Shown: piece after piece, positions 29,450 to 38,093 of the stretch
How the letters are laid out: every line of letters starts with the position of its first letter
Position numbering within the stretch: the first letter of the stretch is position 1
Assembly: GCA_037129835.1 (NCBI GenBank)
Contig: JBAXUE010000002.1
Location: 66,334 to 130,333 of the forward strand
Origin: a bacterium
GTDB lineage: Bacteria > Patescibacteriota > CPR2 > UBA1875 > CAIMLA01
Direction of reading: 5' to 3'
Length of the DNA stretch: 64,000 nucleotides
Made by a program: the position numbers and the translations under genes
Notes under the pieces: generated by a model
Told to the model about the DNA's origin: nothing
Seen by the model: the letters and a program-made list of their open reading frames with translations, nothing else
Databases searched by the model: none

Positions 29450-30648
29450 GCTATACCTTTCTTGTGTTTGATTAAAATCCTAGCGAATGGAACCACAACA
29501 GTTTCATCTTTTATCATATATAAATCACCGTTCACCGTTCCTCTTTTTTGCACTTCTTTCCGATACTTTTTATGCTCAGGTTTATACGGTTTGACTCCGA
29601 TGGATAAGCCCAGGTTTGCTATTCCCAAACCAATAATATCAAATTGTTCAGGAGAATATTTGTCAAGGAAACTAATTGGCACGCCCATAATACCCTTAAA
29701 GTCTCCAGGAATATGTTTAACGAAAGGAACTTCTATTGCATTAAAATTATCATAATTATCAAAAGATCTTTTAGTGCCAAATTTTATAACGTCTGACAAT
29801 TTCATTAATGGTAAGAATTCGTGAAGCCTTCCGTGGTCAAGATTAGTAAACCAGCGAACACCTTGGACTCTCGTGATGTAAACTTTCTTACCATTTTCAT
29901 CCGTCCGTATTTCGCGTACTTGCTCTAGATTGGCAATATCTTCTGGTATTTCATAAAACATTGCTCCACCATTCACTTTATGATTATTGCCAAGCCAAAT
30001 CTTGTTATCCTTAATTAATGGAAAGACTTCTTTATAAGTAATAGCGTTCATACTACCAATTATTAAGAACTTTTTTTTGTACTCAATAAGTTGTTTTAAG
30101 TACTCGCGGAACAAACTGAAAGGCGGGTTAGTTACCACTATATCAGCCTGCTTTAGTAGCTCAACACACTCGTTGCTCCGAAAATCTCCGGCTGCGTATT
30201 TATCATCGCCAAGTAAAAGCGAATAAGCATTATTGTCATGTTCTAAAAGCCATTTCACATCATTAAGGTTGGTTATGCCATCTTTATTAAGGTCTGAAAC
30301 CTCATTGATCTCAATTTTAAATGCTTTTTTATTTTTTCGATTAGAAAGTGTCTTATTTTTACCCATTTCTTCGAAACCCGGTATTTGTATCTGTGTTTGT
30401 ACAATCGGCGAACCAACGTAGCTTGTCGTTATCAACTTTTTTAAGCCAAATTCCTTAAATTTATTTGCAAAATACTTGAAGAAATTACTTTCAAATGGGT
30501 CATCGCAGTTGCAATAGACTATCTTGCCGCGAAAAACATCAGGATCGTAATCAATGTAGGCTTGGATTTCCTTCTGAATATCTTGATATTGAGTATAAAA
30601 CTCGTCGTTTTTAGTCTTTTTTGCGTTATGTAAATTTTTTTGTGCCAT
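29446..30648 (-). CDS. N6-adenine DNA methyltransferase, M.EcoRI family (PF13651-like)
   Basis: N-terminus ...[15 protein letters not shown]...VYCNCDDP closely resembles M.EcoRI; NPPF catalytic motif ([10 protein letters not shown]); 4-nt overlap with the downstream gene. Confidence 0.7.
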   Translation of the reverse strand: MAQKNLHNAKKTKNDEFYTQYQDIQKEIQAYIDYDPDVFRGKIVYCNCDDPFESNFFKYFANKFKEFGLKKLITTSYVGSPIVQTQIQIPGFEEMGKNKTLSNRKNKKAFKIEINEVSDLNKDGITNLNDVKWLLEHDNNAYSLLLGDDKYAAGDFRSNECVELLKQADIVVTNPPFSLFREYLKQLIEYKKKFLIIGSMNAITYKEVFPLIKDNKIWLGNNHKVNGGAMFYEIPEDIANLEQVREIRTDENGKKVYITRVQGVRWFTNLDHGRLHEFLPLMKLSDVIKFGTKRSFDNYDNFNAIEVPFVKHIPGDFKGIMGVPISFLDKYSPEQFDIIGLGIANLGLSIGVKPYKPEHKKYRKEVQKRGTVNGDLYMIKDETVVVPFARILIKHKKGIA

Positions 30649-30660
30649 TTAAAACCTTAT

Positions 30661-31128
30661 TTATTTTTCAAAGCAAATTGGATTAAATATCTTTTCAGGA
30701 AAATCGTTATCTCCAATTTTATATTTTAATTCACCGTTTGTTCCATGTACTGAATATTTTTCTCGATTGCGCTTTGACACAGAAATTGATTTGACTCCGG
30801 ACTGGCTAGGCCTTAACAACCTCTCAATTTCGTCATAGTTTAAGCAACAAACTCCTGCATCGTAACATACAAGTAGGACAAAAACCTTCTCAAACTTTGA
30901 TTTTAGCTCTAATAGTTTTTCGAGATGATTCTCCGAAAATGTAAAGCTCCAGGGGATTAACCGACTCTCAGTATATTTAACATATAAGCCACTTTCTCTG
31001 AGCTGAGAGAGAATCTTAAAACTAGAATTGTCATCATCAACATAATCACTAACACCAAGACATCTTTGGTCTTGAATTATTTTTAGTAAAGCTGCCCCGT
31101 AATATAGTTGATATTTAAAATTTGCCAT
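30661..31128 (-). CDS. Hypothetical 155-aa protein within the R-M/defence operon (candidate nuclease or specificity partner)
   Basis: ORF between the Z1 ATPase and the methyltransferase with 6-12 nt spacers; no recognisable motif. Confidence 0.35.
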   Translation of the reverse strand: MANFKYQLYYGAALLKIIQDQRCLGVSDYVDDDNSSFKILSQLRESGLYVKYTESRLIPWSFTFSENHLEKLLELKSKFEKVFVLLVCYDAGVCCLNYDEIERLLRPSQSGVKSISVSKRNREKYSVHGTNGELKYKIGDNDFPEKIFNPICFEK

Positions 31129-31134
31129 AATAAT

Positions 31135-33018
31135 TTATCTTAGCCTATAGTTTGCCTTTTTAAGGCTATCTTTAAAATAGTAAACAAATCTACACTTTCC
31201 TGCCTCGTTTCTGATCAACATAATATGGTGCTTTGCATTGGGAAAAGCGACCATTTCTGTACCACCAAAAACACCCCTACTTCTGTATAAAAAGTCCTTA
31301 TATTCAAGGTCATCTGTTTTTGAAACCATTCTTATTGGATGGAATGCTATGTCCTTGTCTGCAGTCATTCCACTGTATACAATAAAATTAATTAGAAATA
31401 GAGGCACCACACTGCCACCGTAAAGCCGGTTAACTTCTTTTAGCTTTTGGATATTACTTATTCCTTTTTTACTAATAATATCTGAAAAAATGCTAGCGTA
31501 ATCAAACATAGGAAAATACATTTCGTTTTTGTCAGTTAATATATTCTTCTTGTCGATACTAGAACTAGAGGCGGGCTTAACTCTTTGGCTTGAAATCCAA
31601 ACTGGTGCTGCACCCTCGTCATTGCTTTTTAATGATTTTAAAGATAAATCATGAAAAATAAAACAACGGTGCCAGTCCTCGAAAAGTGATTTTGGTATTG
31701 AGAGTTCAAAGAAGTCTTTGTATTTGCCTCTACTGCCGAACATTCTAGCTCTTTGGATATAAGTGTCTTGTTGAATCCTGTGTTTAGCAGTTCGTGTGAA
31801 GAACATGCCCAAAAGATTCTTTATTGTTAAGCCCCGGGAAATTATATTTCCACCAATTATTATTGTAAAAAGAGCTGGTGCATTAGTTGGGTCTTCTTCC
31901 ATTTTATTATTTGAGTTAATAACATAAACTTTTTTCTTATTAACATAATCTTTGACAAATGTTGTCACTTCTTTTGCTGCTATATCACCAAATCTTTCTT
32001 CTGCAATACTGTGTATTATTCCAAGGTAACGTTCCCATTTGGGACCCTTATTTGTATCTGCCAGTGCGTCAAAAAAATTATCTACAATTTTTTTATCTCT
32101 TTCGTGTTCACTTTTAATGCCACTTGTATGAATAATAAAAGCAAAATTAACATCATCATTATTCGCATTTTGTTCTACGAGCTTTTCCTTGTACTCGGGA
32201 TTTATATTTAAATAAGAAGCATTAACTAAAAAGCTTGCTAAAGCTTCATGTAAATATGATGGGTCATCTCCATTCTCAGGAAGTATATTCACCATGTATT
32301 CAACTTCGGTTATTTTTTCTAGATTAATTGGAAAAAAAAAGTCTTTGCCTACATAATTTTTATGAGAATCAAAAAATACCCATTCTTCAGATAAATTATC
32401 AAAAGTATTGTTAAGATCTAGTCGTGCTGGAGTGGCTGTTACCCCAACGTAGGTGCCGTCTCTTCGAAGTAATTTGCCGATTTCGTTATTAATTGCCGTT
32501 ACTTCATCTTTATTTATTTTAGAATTTGGGCTGGCATAATCAGCCTCGTCATCAATTATTATTAAACCACTTCTATTTCTTAGTTTTTCGTTTAAATTTG
32601 TTAAATTGCGGATATTTTTCTTTGAAAAAATTATAACCTGCCCATCATTTAAGTCTTCTTCAAGAAAAGCCCTGCTAGACATGGTATCTGGTGTAGGGTC
32701 GATACCTGAACTAGTAAATCTTTCGAGATTTTGAAGTTCAAGCTTTTTATTGTCATTCATGAGAATAACAATAGTGTTGTTGCCAATATCAAGTAATTTT
32801 GCTGTAAGCGATATCATCATTTCGGTTTTGCCACTTTGTGGCTCACCGTAAATCACAAATGATGTTATACCCTTTTGAATTTTTTCTACTGAATCTGAAA
32901 CAGCGTTTTCAATTTGAAAAGTATCAATACCCTTTTTATCTCTAAGGAAATTAATTCTTTTCTCATATCGGCTGTTTCTTCTATTTTCTGAGTCTCTATA
33001 ATCATCTGGATTAAACAT
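31135..33018 (-). CDS. Z1-domain SF2 helicase-like ATPase (restriction-system-associated)
   Basis: Motif I GEPQSGKT, motif II IIDDEADYAS, motif III GVTATP, motif V FTIIIGGNIISRGLTI, motif VI QQDTYIQRARMFGSRG (Z1-type QxxRxFGYR). Confidence 0.55.
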   Translation of the reverse strand: MFNPDDYRDSENRRNSRYEKRINFLRDKKGIDTFQIENAVSDSVEKIQKGITSFVIYGEPQSGKTEMMISLTAKLLDIGNNTIVILMNDNKKLELQNLERFTSSGIDPTPDTMSSRAFLEEDLNDGQVIIFSKKNIRNLTNLNEKLRNRSGLIIIDDEADYASPNSKINKDEVTAINNEIGKLLRRDGTYVGVTATPARLDLNNTFDNLSEEWVFFDSHKNYVGKDFFFPINLEKITEVEYMVNILPENGDDPSYLHEALASFLVNASYLNINPEYKEKLVEQNANNDDVNFAFIIHTSGIKSEHERDKKIVDNFFDALADTNKGPKWERYLGIIHSIAEERFGDIAAKEVTTFVKDYVNKKKVYVINSNNKMEEDPTNAPALFTIIIGGNIISRGLTIKNLLGMFFTRTAKHRIQQDTYIQRARMFGSRGKYKDFFELSIPKSLFEDWHRCFIFHDLSLKSLKSNDEGAAPVWISSQRVKPASSSSIDKKNILTDKNEMYFPMFDYASIFSDIISKKGISNIQKLKEVNRLYGGSVVPLFLINFIVYSGMTADKDIAFHPIRMVSKTDDLEYKDFLYRSRGVFGGTEMVAFPNAKHHIMLIRNEAGKCRFVYYFKDSLKKANYRLR

Positions 33019-33109
33019 AGCTCTCCAAATTTAATATATATTATATTCTACTCTCCTTTTGTGCTTATCGCAAGCATAAATTCGGTTTGACGGCTCTAGG
33101 CATCGGATA

Positions 33110-33137
33110 TTGACAACTAAAATACGCGGAGTATAAT
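33110..33137 (+). promoter_or_regulatory. Consensus sigma70-type promoter TTGACA-16-TATAAT on the plus strand, inside a GC-rich intergenic block
   Basis: ttgacaactaaaatacgcggagtataat read directly; every flanking gene is minus-strand. Confidence 0.4.
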
Positions 33138-33241
33138 TATTCATGAAGAGAGCAGTAATGCCTATGTAACGCCGAGTGGAGGCACCTCGATAGAGGGCCC
33201 GTGAAGCGAGGAGCACGAGTATATAGGTCACCTCTTCTTTT

Positions 33242-33877
33242 TTATAGCTTATTTTCTAAATATATTAAATTAACTTTTTTACCTAGTTTAGTCAGAGTTT
33301 TTTTATTTCCATACAGGTGACTATGAATAATTCCACATATCTGATCTGCTATTTGTAGATTTGCTTCTTCTGACGTGCCAAAATCAATACGAAAGTCCGA
33401 CTCTGGGTACTCTAGTTTTAGTTCGGTCTCGATAGTTCTTGATAAACCTTCTTTATTAATTAATTTTGTTTTAAAACTATCTAAAGTCACTATAGTCACC
33501 TTTTCACGTTTAAATGTTTTGCTAGATTCAAGCAAAACCTTCTTTACAAGGTTGATGTACAACCTGTCATAGACAAGCTTACTTTTGTAATAATATTTCT
33601 GAGACAGCAGATTCTTGCTCTGAGAAGCAGCGAATACTGTAATCTCAGGTGCTGGACACTCAGGACTAAAGATATATGGCAATATATACAAGTCTGATAA
33701 AGCATTTGAGCTCTTTATTTCACCTTTCGGATAACTGGCAGGTAGTGCCTTCCTCTTAACCTTCTTATACCATTTCGCCGTCTCACCCGGATTTGCAGTG
33801 CTAAAACCGGCCACAGCCATAAACTGATTTTTTGTGCCCTTTTCTAAGTTAAAAGTTTCGTCGATATAGATAAACAT
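33242..33877 (-). CDS. DUF3800-family protein
   Basis: N-terminus MFIYIDETFN matches the DUF3800 hallmark (I-Y-I-D-E-S/T); about 210 aa. Confidence 0.5.
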   Translation of the reverse strand: MFIYIDETFNLEKGTKNQFMAVAGFSTANPGETAKWYKKVKRKALPASYPKGEIKSSNALSDLYILPYIFSPECPAPEITVFAASQSKNLLSQKYYYKSKLVYDRLYINLVKKVLLESSKTFKREKVTIVTLDSFKTKLINKEGLSRTIETELKLEYPESDFRIDFGTSEEANLQIADQICGIIHSHLYGNKKTLTKLGKKVNLIYLENKL

Positions 33878-33941
33878 ACTTATATTTTACCCTTGCCATA
33901 GGATAAAACTAGTAGACAAGTTGAAACAGCACGCTAGCCTA

Positions 33942-34823
33942 CTATTTCAAATCACGTAATTCCTCTATCACTCCGACTTTATTAAGAATGGGTATCATTT
34001 CGGAGCTACCTTCATAATTACTATAGTAGAAAGTTCCACCGATTTCGTACCATCTTTTAAATGGTTTCCCTTTCTCTGGAGTGAACAAAAAATGTGTCCA
34101 AAGTCTGTAGTCTAGCATGTCGATGTGATTTGTCTCGACATGTAGAAATGAGTGCGGCTTCAACACGCCTAGTGAGTTCTCTGCTATCCCCATCGGTGCT
34201 GGCGGGTCATCATCTTGAGGTATATTACCCCCTACAATATCCTCGACACTGGTATAGTGATTACTTGAATCATTTATAATATAGGCGTCATAGAAGCCAG
34301 ACTCTTTTTCGTCAAAGACGATTGCAATGTAGAGTCCCTTGTTATGTTTTCTGATTTTGTCCCACTCTTTCTGTTCTTCTATCTCTGGACATATCATCTT
34401 GGCACTGCATTTAGGGCATGGATGACTAGCTGGCCAGATGTGATACTTTTCGTCATGACAATATGGGCATAGATTCACTAGAGACTGAAAGTATTTCTCT
34501 GGATCCCACGGCACATCCCAAGCCTTGGTAGTGACTTCTACTAATATCTTTCTTCTATCACAGACACAAGTCCGCGTTTCCTGATCGGCACAGCGGCCAA
34601 AACCAGCAATAGTCTTTTTTTGATAATTACACTTTGTGCATTTGTATAACTTGTGTGTCATATTTGCAATATACGCTCGTTTTGTGCCTGGGGCAAGACC
34701 CAGGAGGTCATCCTTACGAAAGTAAGGATGACCTCCGGAGGGTAAGAAAGAGATCCCTGGGTTTGTGACCAGGGATGACAACGGGTGTTCCCACGAAAAA
34801 TAACTCAGTCCGCAGACCGACAC
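33942..34823 (-). CDS. Cys-rich zinc-finger protein (true start probably Met at 34661; upstream part is repeat-derived)
   Basis: Multiple CxxC pairs (CTKCNY...CADQ, CPYCHDEK, CPKCSAK); first 54 codons overlap a GC-rich hairpin repeat. Confidence 0.4.
   Translation of the reverse strand: MSVCGLSYFSWEHPLSSLVTNPGISFLPSGGHPYFRKDDLLGLAPGTKRAYIANMTHKLYKCTKCNYQKKTIAGFGRCADQETRTCVCDRRKILVEVTTKAWDVPWDPEKYFQSLVNLCPYCHDEKYHIWPASHPCPKCSAKMICPEIEEQKEWDKIRKHNKGLYIAIVFDEKESGFYDAYIINDSSNHYTSVEDIVGGNIPQDDDPPAPMGIAENSLGVLKPHSFLHVETNHIDMLDYRLWTHFLFTPEKGKPFKRWYEIGGTFYYSNYEGSSEMIPILNKVGVIEELRDLK
34738..34790. repeat. GC-rich hairpin repeat (inverted copy of the 21276-21310 unit plus partial unit)
   Basis: Reverse complement tgtcatccctggtcacaaacccagggatctc. 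Confidence 0.7.
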
Positions 34824-34976
34824 TTTGAGAAATATGTATGCTGTAGCTCGGCTACTAAAAGTATTTTTAAAAGAGAGTTGTTATTTTTCTTGAACTTAAC
34901 TCCATTTTCTTTCAAGAGAAAATGGATAATAAATAATTAATAAATTTTTAGTTAGAATAAATTGGTATATTGCGAA

Positions 34977-35546
34977 TTAATGTCCGCCGTAGACAGTGAA
35001 GCCTTTTTGTTTTAGCTCTTCGGCGAGCTTTATCTCGGCCTTTTTTGCTTCTTCTCTATTTTCTATCTTTCCTATCTTGCCGTAGAGGTCTGGGCGGAGC
35101 TTTGGATTGTCTGCCTTTCGGACCTTTACTGATGAGTTCAGCCCTGCCATGTGTTGCTCCAGTCGTATTTCTGGATCATAGATACTTTGCCCGATATATA
35201 TTTTCTTCTCGTTGTTATCTAGTTCGATAGCATATACTTGCCAAAAATCATTCTGGACCATGGGTCCAGCGATAACCATATATTTTTTTGCTTCGAGAGC
35301 GACGATAACCGCTTTTGCGGCCTCTATCGCCTCTTCGGCAGTATCATACTCTGGTAATTCTTTTGTCCATTTGGTCAGATTAGCGGGGTGACGTTCTTTG
35401 CGAACGCTAGTCACAAACTTTTCAAAGGCTTGCTGGTGATTGCTCGTGCCATATCCGACAAATACTTTTTTCTTACCTTGGTCTATTTCAAATACGTTTA
35501 CTATGTATTTATTATCTTCCATTTTTTTGGTCTCCTGTAGCGTCAT
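34977..35546 (-). CDS. Hypothetical protein with C-terminal GIY-YIG nuclease-like motif
   Basis: VYAIELDNNEKKIYIGQS...RLEQH fits GIY-(x10)-YIG...R...E/QH. Confidence 0.4.
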   Translation of the reverse strand: MTLQETKKMEDNKYIVNVFEIDQGKKKVFVGYGTSNHQQAFEKFVTSVRKERHPANLTKWTKELPEYDTAEEAIEAAKAVIVALEAKKYMVIAGPMVQNDFWQVYAIELDNNEKKIYIGQSIYDPEIRLEQHMAGLNSSVKVRKADNPKLRPDLYGKIGKIENREEAKKAEIKLAEELKQKGFTVYGGH

Positions 35547-35577
35547 TTTACTCCTATTTTGTGCTTAGAGCAAGGGA

Positions 35578-36651
35578 TTATTTATCCCAAACGCAGCTAC
35601 TCCCAAAGTGTCCGTGCTTTGCGGTTTCTAGATACATTGGCTTTTTTAGTTTTAGAAAACTGATGATTCCCCGAGGGGTCAAGTCGTACTCGTTCGATCC
35701 CAGTAGGTTTACCTCGGTTCTGTTATCAATAATAGCGATGGCCATCACCGGCTCTGCGACACCGATACTATAAGCAAGCTTCACGAGCACTTCATGGGCA
35801 TTTTCTTTGCGGAGATAGTCTACGGCGATACGGCGCGCCATATAGGCAGCGCTTCTGTCTACCTTCGTGGCGTCTTTGCCACTAAAACAGCCACCTCCTA
35901 TGGGAATCTGAGGACCGTAATTGTCTACTGCTAGCTTGCGACCGGTGAGACCAGTGTCGGCGGTAAAGCCTCCTACTACAAATTCCCCTGTCGGGTTAAT
36001 GTGAATATGTTTTGGTTCAAGTGTTTCCGCTAATATTCTCAGGGGTGTAAAGTCTGCGCCTTCAAGATGCTGGGCACTGATGACTACTGTGTCTACTTTA
36101 CCATTTTCACCCAACGTTACTTGACTTTTCGCATCTGGACCGAAACCTTTCGGTAAATTCTTCATCAGTTGTCTGGCTAAATATAGCTCCTGCGGGATCA
36201 TTTCTTCGTTTTCATCGCAGGCATATCCGACCATGATTCCTTGGTCCCCCGCCCCACCAGTATCTACTCCTTGGGCGATTTCTGGGCTTTGATGAACGAT
36301 ATTTATGTGTATCTCGAGTTCGTCAGAATATCCGATTTCTGAATAAATATTTTGTACAATATTTTTGACGTCTACTTTTGCACATGATGTCACTTCTCCG
36401 GTGATATATATGTGCCCATGACCTCCCATCGTCTCTATCGCTACCCTACTTTCTGGGTCTTGTCTTAGATATTCGTCTAGTAATCCGTCGGATATTTGGT
36501 CGCAGACTTTATCGGGGTGTCCAGGGCTGACGCACTCGGCTGTCCGTATCCCCTTCTTGCTATAATATTCTACTTTTTCTTTTCGCGAGTTTATCGCCGT
36601 CATCGCTTCTTTCACTACTTCCTCCTTTGTCTTACCATGGGTATCGATCAT
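35578..36651 (-). CDS. metK: S-adenosylmethionine synthetase
   Basis: ECVSPGHPDKVCDQISD, GGHGHIYITGE, GGGCFSGKDATKVDRSAAYMARRIA motifs. Confidence 0.85.
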   Translation of the reverse strand: MIDTHGKTKEEVVKEAMTAINSRKEKVEYYSKKGIRTAECVSPGHPDKVCDQISDGLLDEYLRQDPESRVAIETMGGHGHIYITGEVTSCAKVDVKNIVQNIYSEIGYSDELEIHINIVHQSPEIAQGVDTGGAGDQGIMVGYACDENEEMIPQELYLARQLMKNLPKGFGPDAKSQVTLGENGKVDTVVISAQHLEGADFTPLRILAETLEPKHIHINPTGEFVVGGFTADTGLTGRKLAVDNYGPQIPIGGGCFSGKDATKVDRSAAYMARRIAVDYLRKENAHEVLVKLAYSIGVAEPVMAIAIIDNRTEVNLLGSNEYDLTPRGIISFLKLKKPMYLETAKHGHFGSSCVWDK

Positions 36652-36668
36652 AAATAATAGTTCTTTTG

Positions 36669-36881
36669 TTATTTCTTCCTTCTTTCTTTTTCACATCTAT
36701 CAATATAATTAATAGTTACTTCTGCAATTGTTTCTGGTGTTTCATTTAGCACATCAGTCAGGTATCCTATCCCGAATCGAATTTCTTGTTTTTCTTTTTC
36801 TGTTAGATACATAAACATCCCTTTCTTTTCTTTCTTTTCTTTTGAAAAATCATTAGGTAGCCTCAGCTGCCCGACTATCAA
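36669..36881 (-). CDS. Hypothetical small ORF in the metK leader region (may be spurious or a leader peptide)
   Basis: ORF only. Confidence 0.2.
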   Translation of the reverse strand: MIVGQLRLPNDFSKEKKEKKGMFMYLTEKEKQEIRFGIGYLTDVLNETPETIAEVTINYIDRCEKERRKK

Positions 36882-37370
36882 CGATTGCCAGAAATTGCGT
36901 TAAACGAATTTCTTAATGAGTTGAAGGAGTCGATTTTCCTGAACCTGGCGCCACCTGCTTTCAAGAGGAGGTGGCAATTAATAAAATTAATCTGCCGTAA
37001 TCTATAACTATTTAACTACTTATTTTGATACCTTTGTCTTTCGTCACAAAGGTATCGCCAAAAGACTCTTTTCATGCGGACTCACTGCGGTTCACCGCAA
37101 TGTCTGATAATATTTTGTTTTCAGAAACATCGTTGTCATTGAATCAACTTTCATCAAGTTAGTTATTTACCAATCAAAAAATCTTTCCATTTGGAAAGAT
37201 AAGTTCGACCTTTGAGTTTTCACTCCTTATCGTTCCGCATTTGCGGCTAGCATTGGCACCCATTTGGTGTGGGTTGCCGGCAGGTACCGCCGTCGCGACG
37301 CTATGTCGGTCAGGCATCGGGCTAGTTCCCTATCTGCACTCTTGATATATTTGATTGTAGATATATTATA

Positions 37371-37940
37371 TCACATCTTTGATTTTCTCGTTTCGGTAAG
37401 TAGCCTTTCATATTCGTCTATTATATTGCTATCTAGTTTTGTTTTCAGCACTCTTAGTATTTCTTCGTGATACCAGAGTCTTTCTTCTGGAGTGGAGTTA
37501 AAGTTTTTTCCAGCTTCTTCGCCTACTAATTTCTTGTCGTCTAATAGGTTTCTCATATTATGAATTTTGTCTGCGGCACACACCATCAGAGACTCTACTC
37601 TGTCGTTTTCCAGATTCTCAATATAGGCATCTTTTCTGACTTTCCATGGCAGTTTCTCTTTGCCATCTGATTTCTTTTCAGTAACGCCCATAACTATCTC
37701 ACAGACATCTGGTCCAAAATCTCTGGTAAGCTCCTCCGGAGTGTATTCTGAGTCTTCTATCGTATCGTGAAGTAGCCCGGCTACTATGGTATTTTCGTCA
37801 TCGGTGTAGTTTGACAAGATAATAGCGACAGCAAAAGGATGAATGATATATGGAATGGCTACGTCTGATTTTCTTAGTTGATCTCGGTGGCAGACTGCTG
37901 CTACCTTTAGGGCTTTTTCGATCTTTGGTGTATATTTCAT
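37371..37940 (-). CDS. HD-domain phosphohydrolase (RelA/SpoT-type (p)ppGpp hydrolase-like, HD_4)
   Basis: HRDQ...IIHP...LLHDTIEDS metal-binding H-HD-D pattern. Confidence 0.65.
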   Translation of the reverse strand: MKYTPKIEKALKVAAVCHRDQLRKSDVAIPYIIHPFAVAIILSNYTDDENTIVAGLLHDTIEDSEYTPEELTRDFGPDVCEIVMGVTEKKSDGKEKLPWKVRKDAYIENLENDRVESLMVCAADKIHNMRNLLDDKKLVGEEAGKNFNSTPEERLWYHEEILRVLKTKLDSNIIDEYERLLTETRKSKM

Positions 37941-38093
37941 ACAACCTCCATTTCTTTGTTAATGCATTTATAAACAAAAAGCGGTCAATAAACAAGGTAC
38001 AATCCTTGTAATAACCGCAATGGACGCTCCTCGGAGCCGCTGACCTATTACATGTTTATTATATCATTATGGGTTGAAAAATCAACTTTAGGA

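Noticed and set aside
33031-33231. 66-aa ORF inside the GC-rich spacer of the defence locus
   Set aside because: It lies antisense to a consensus promoter in a GC-rich noncoding-looking block. It is Arg/Tyr-rich from GC content and more likely an RNA or regulatory element than a protein.
36880-36990. SAM-I riboswitch upstream of metK
   Set aside because: The ...cctcttgaaagcaggtggcgcc... region lacks the conserved SAM-I core (CUUAUCAAGAG...GGUGGAGGGA...CCCGGCAACC). No call was made.
37240-37330. SRP (4.5S) RNA in the GC-rich block
   Set aside because: It contains gtcagg but lacks the invariant GGAAGGAAGCAGCC domain-IV motif.
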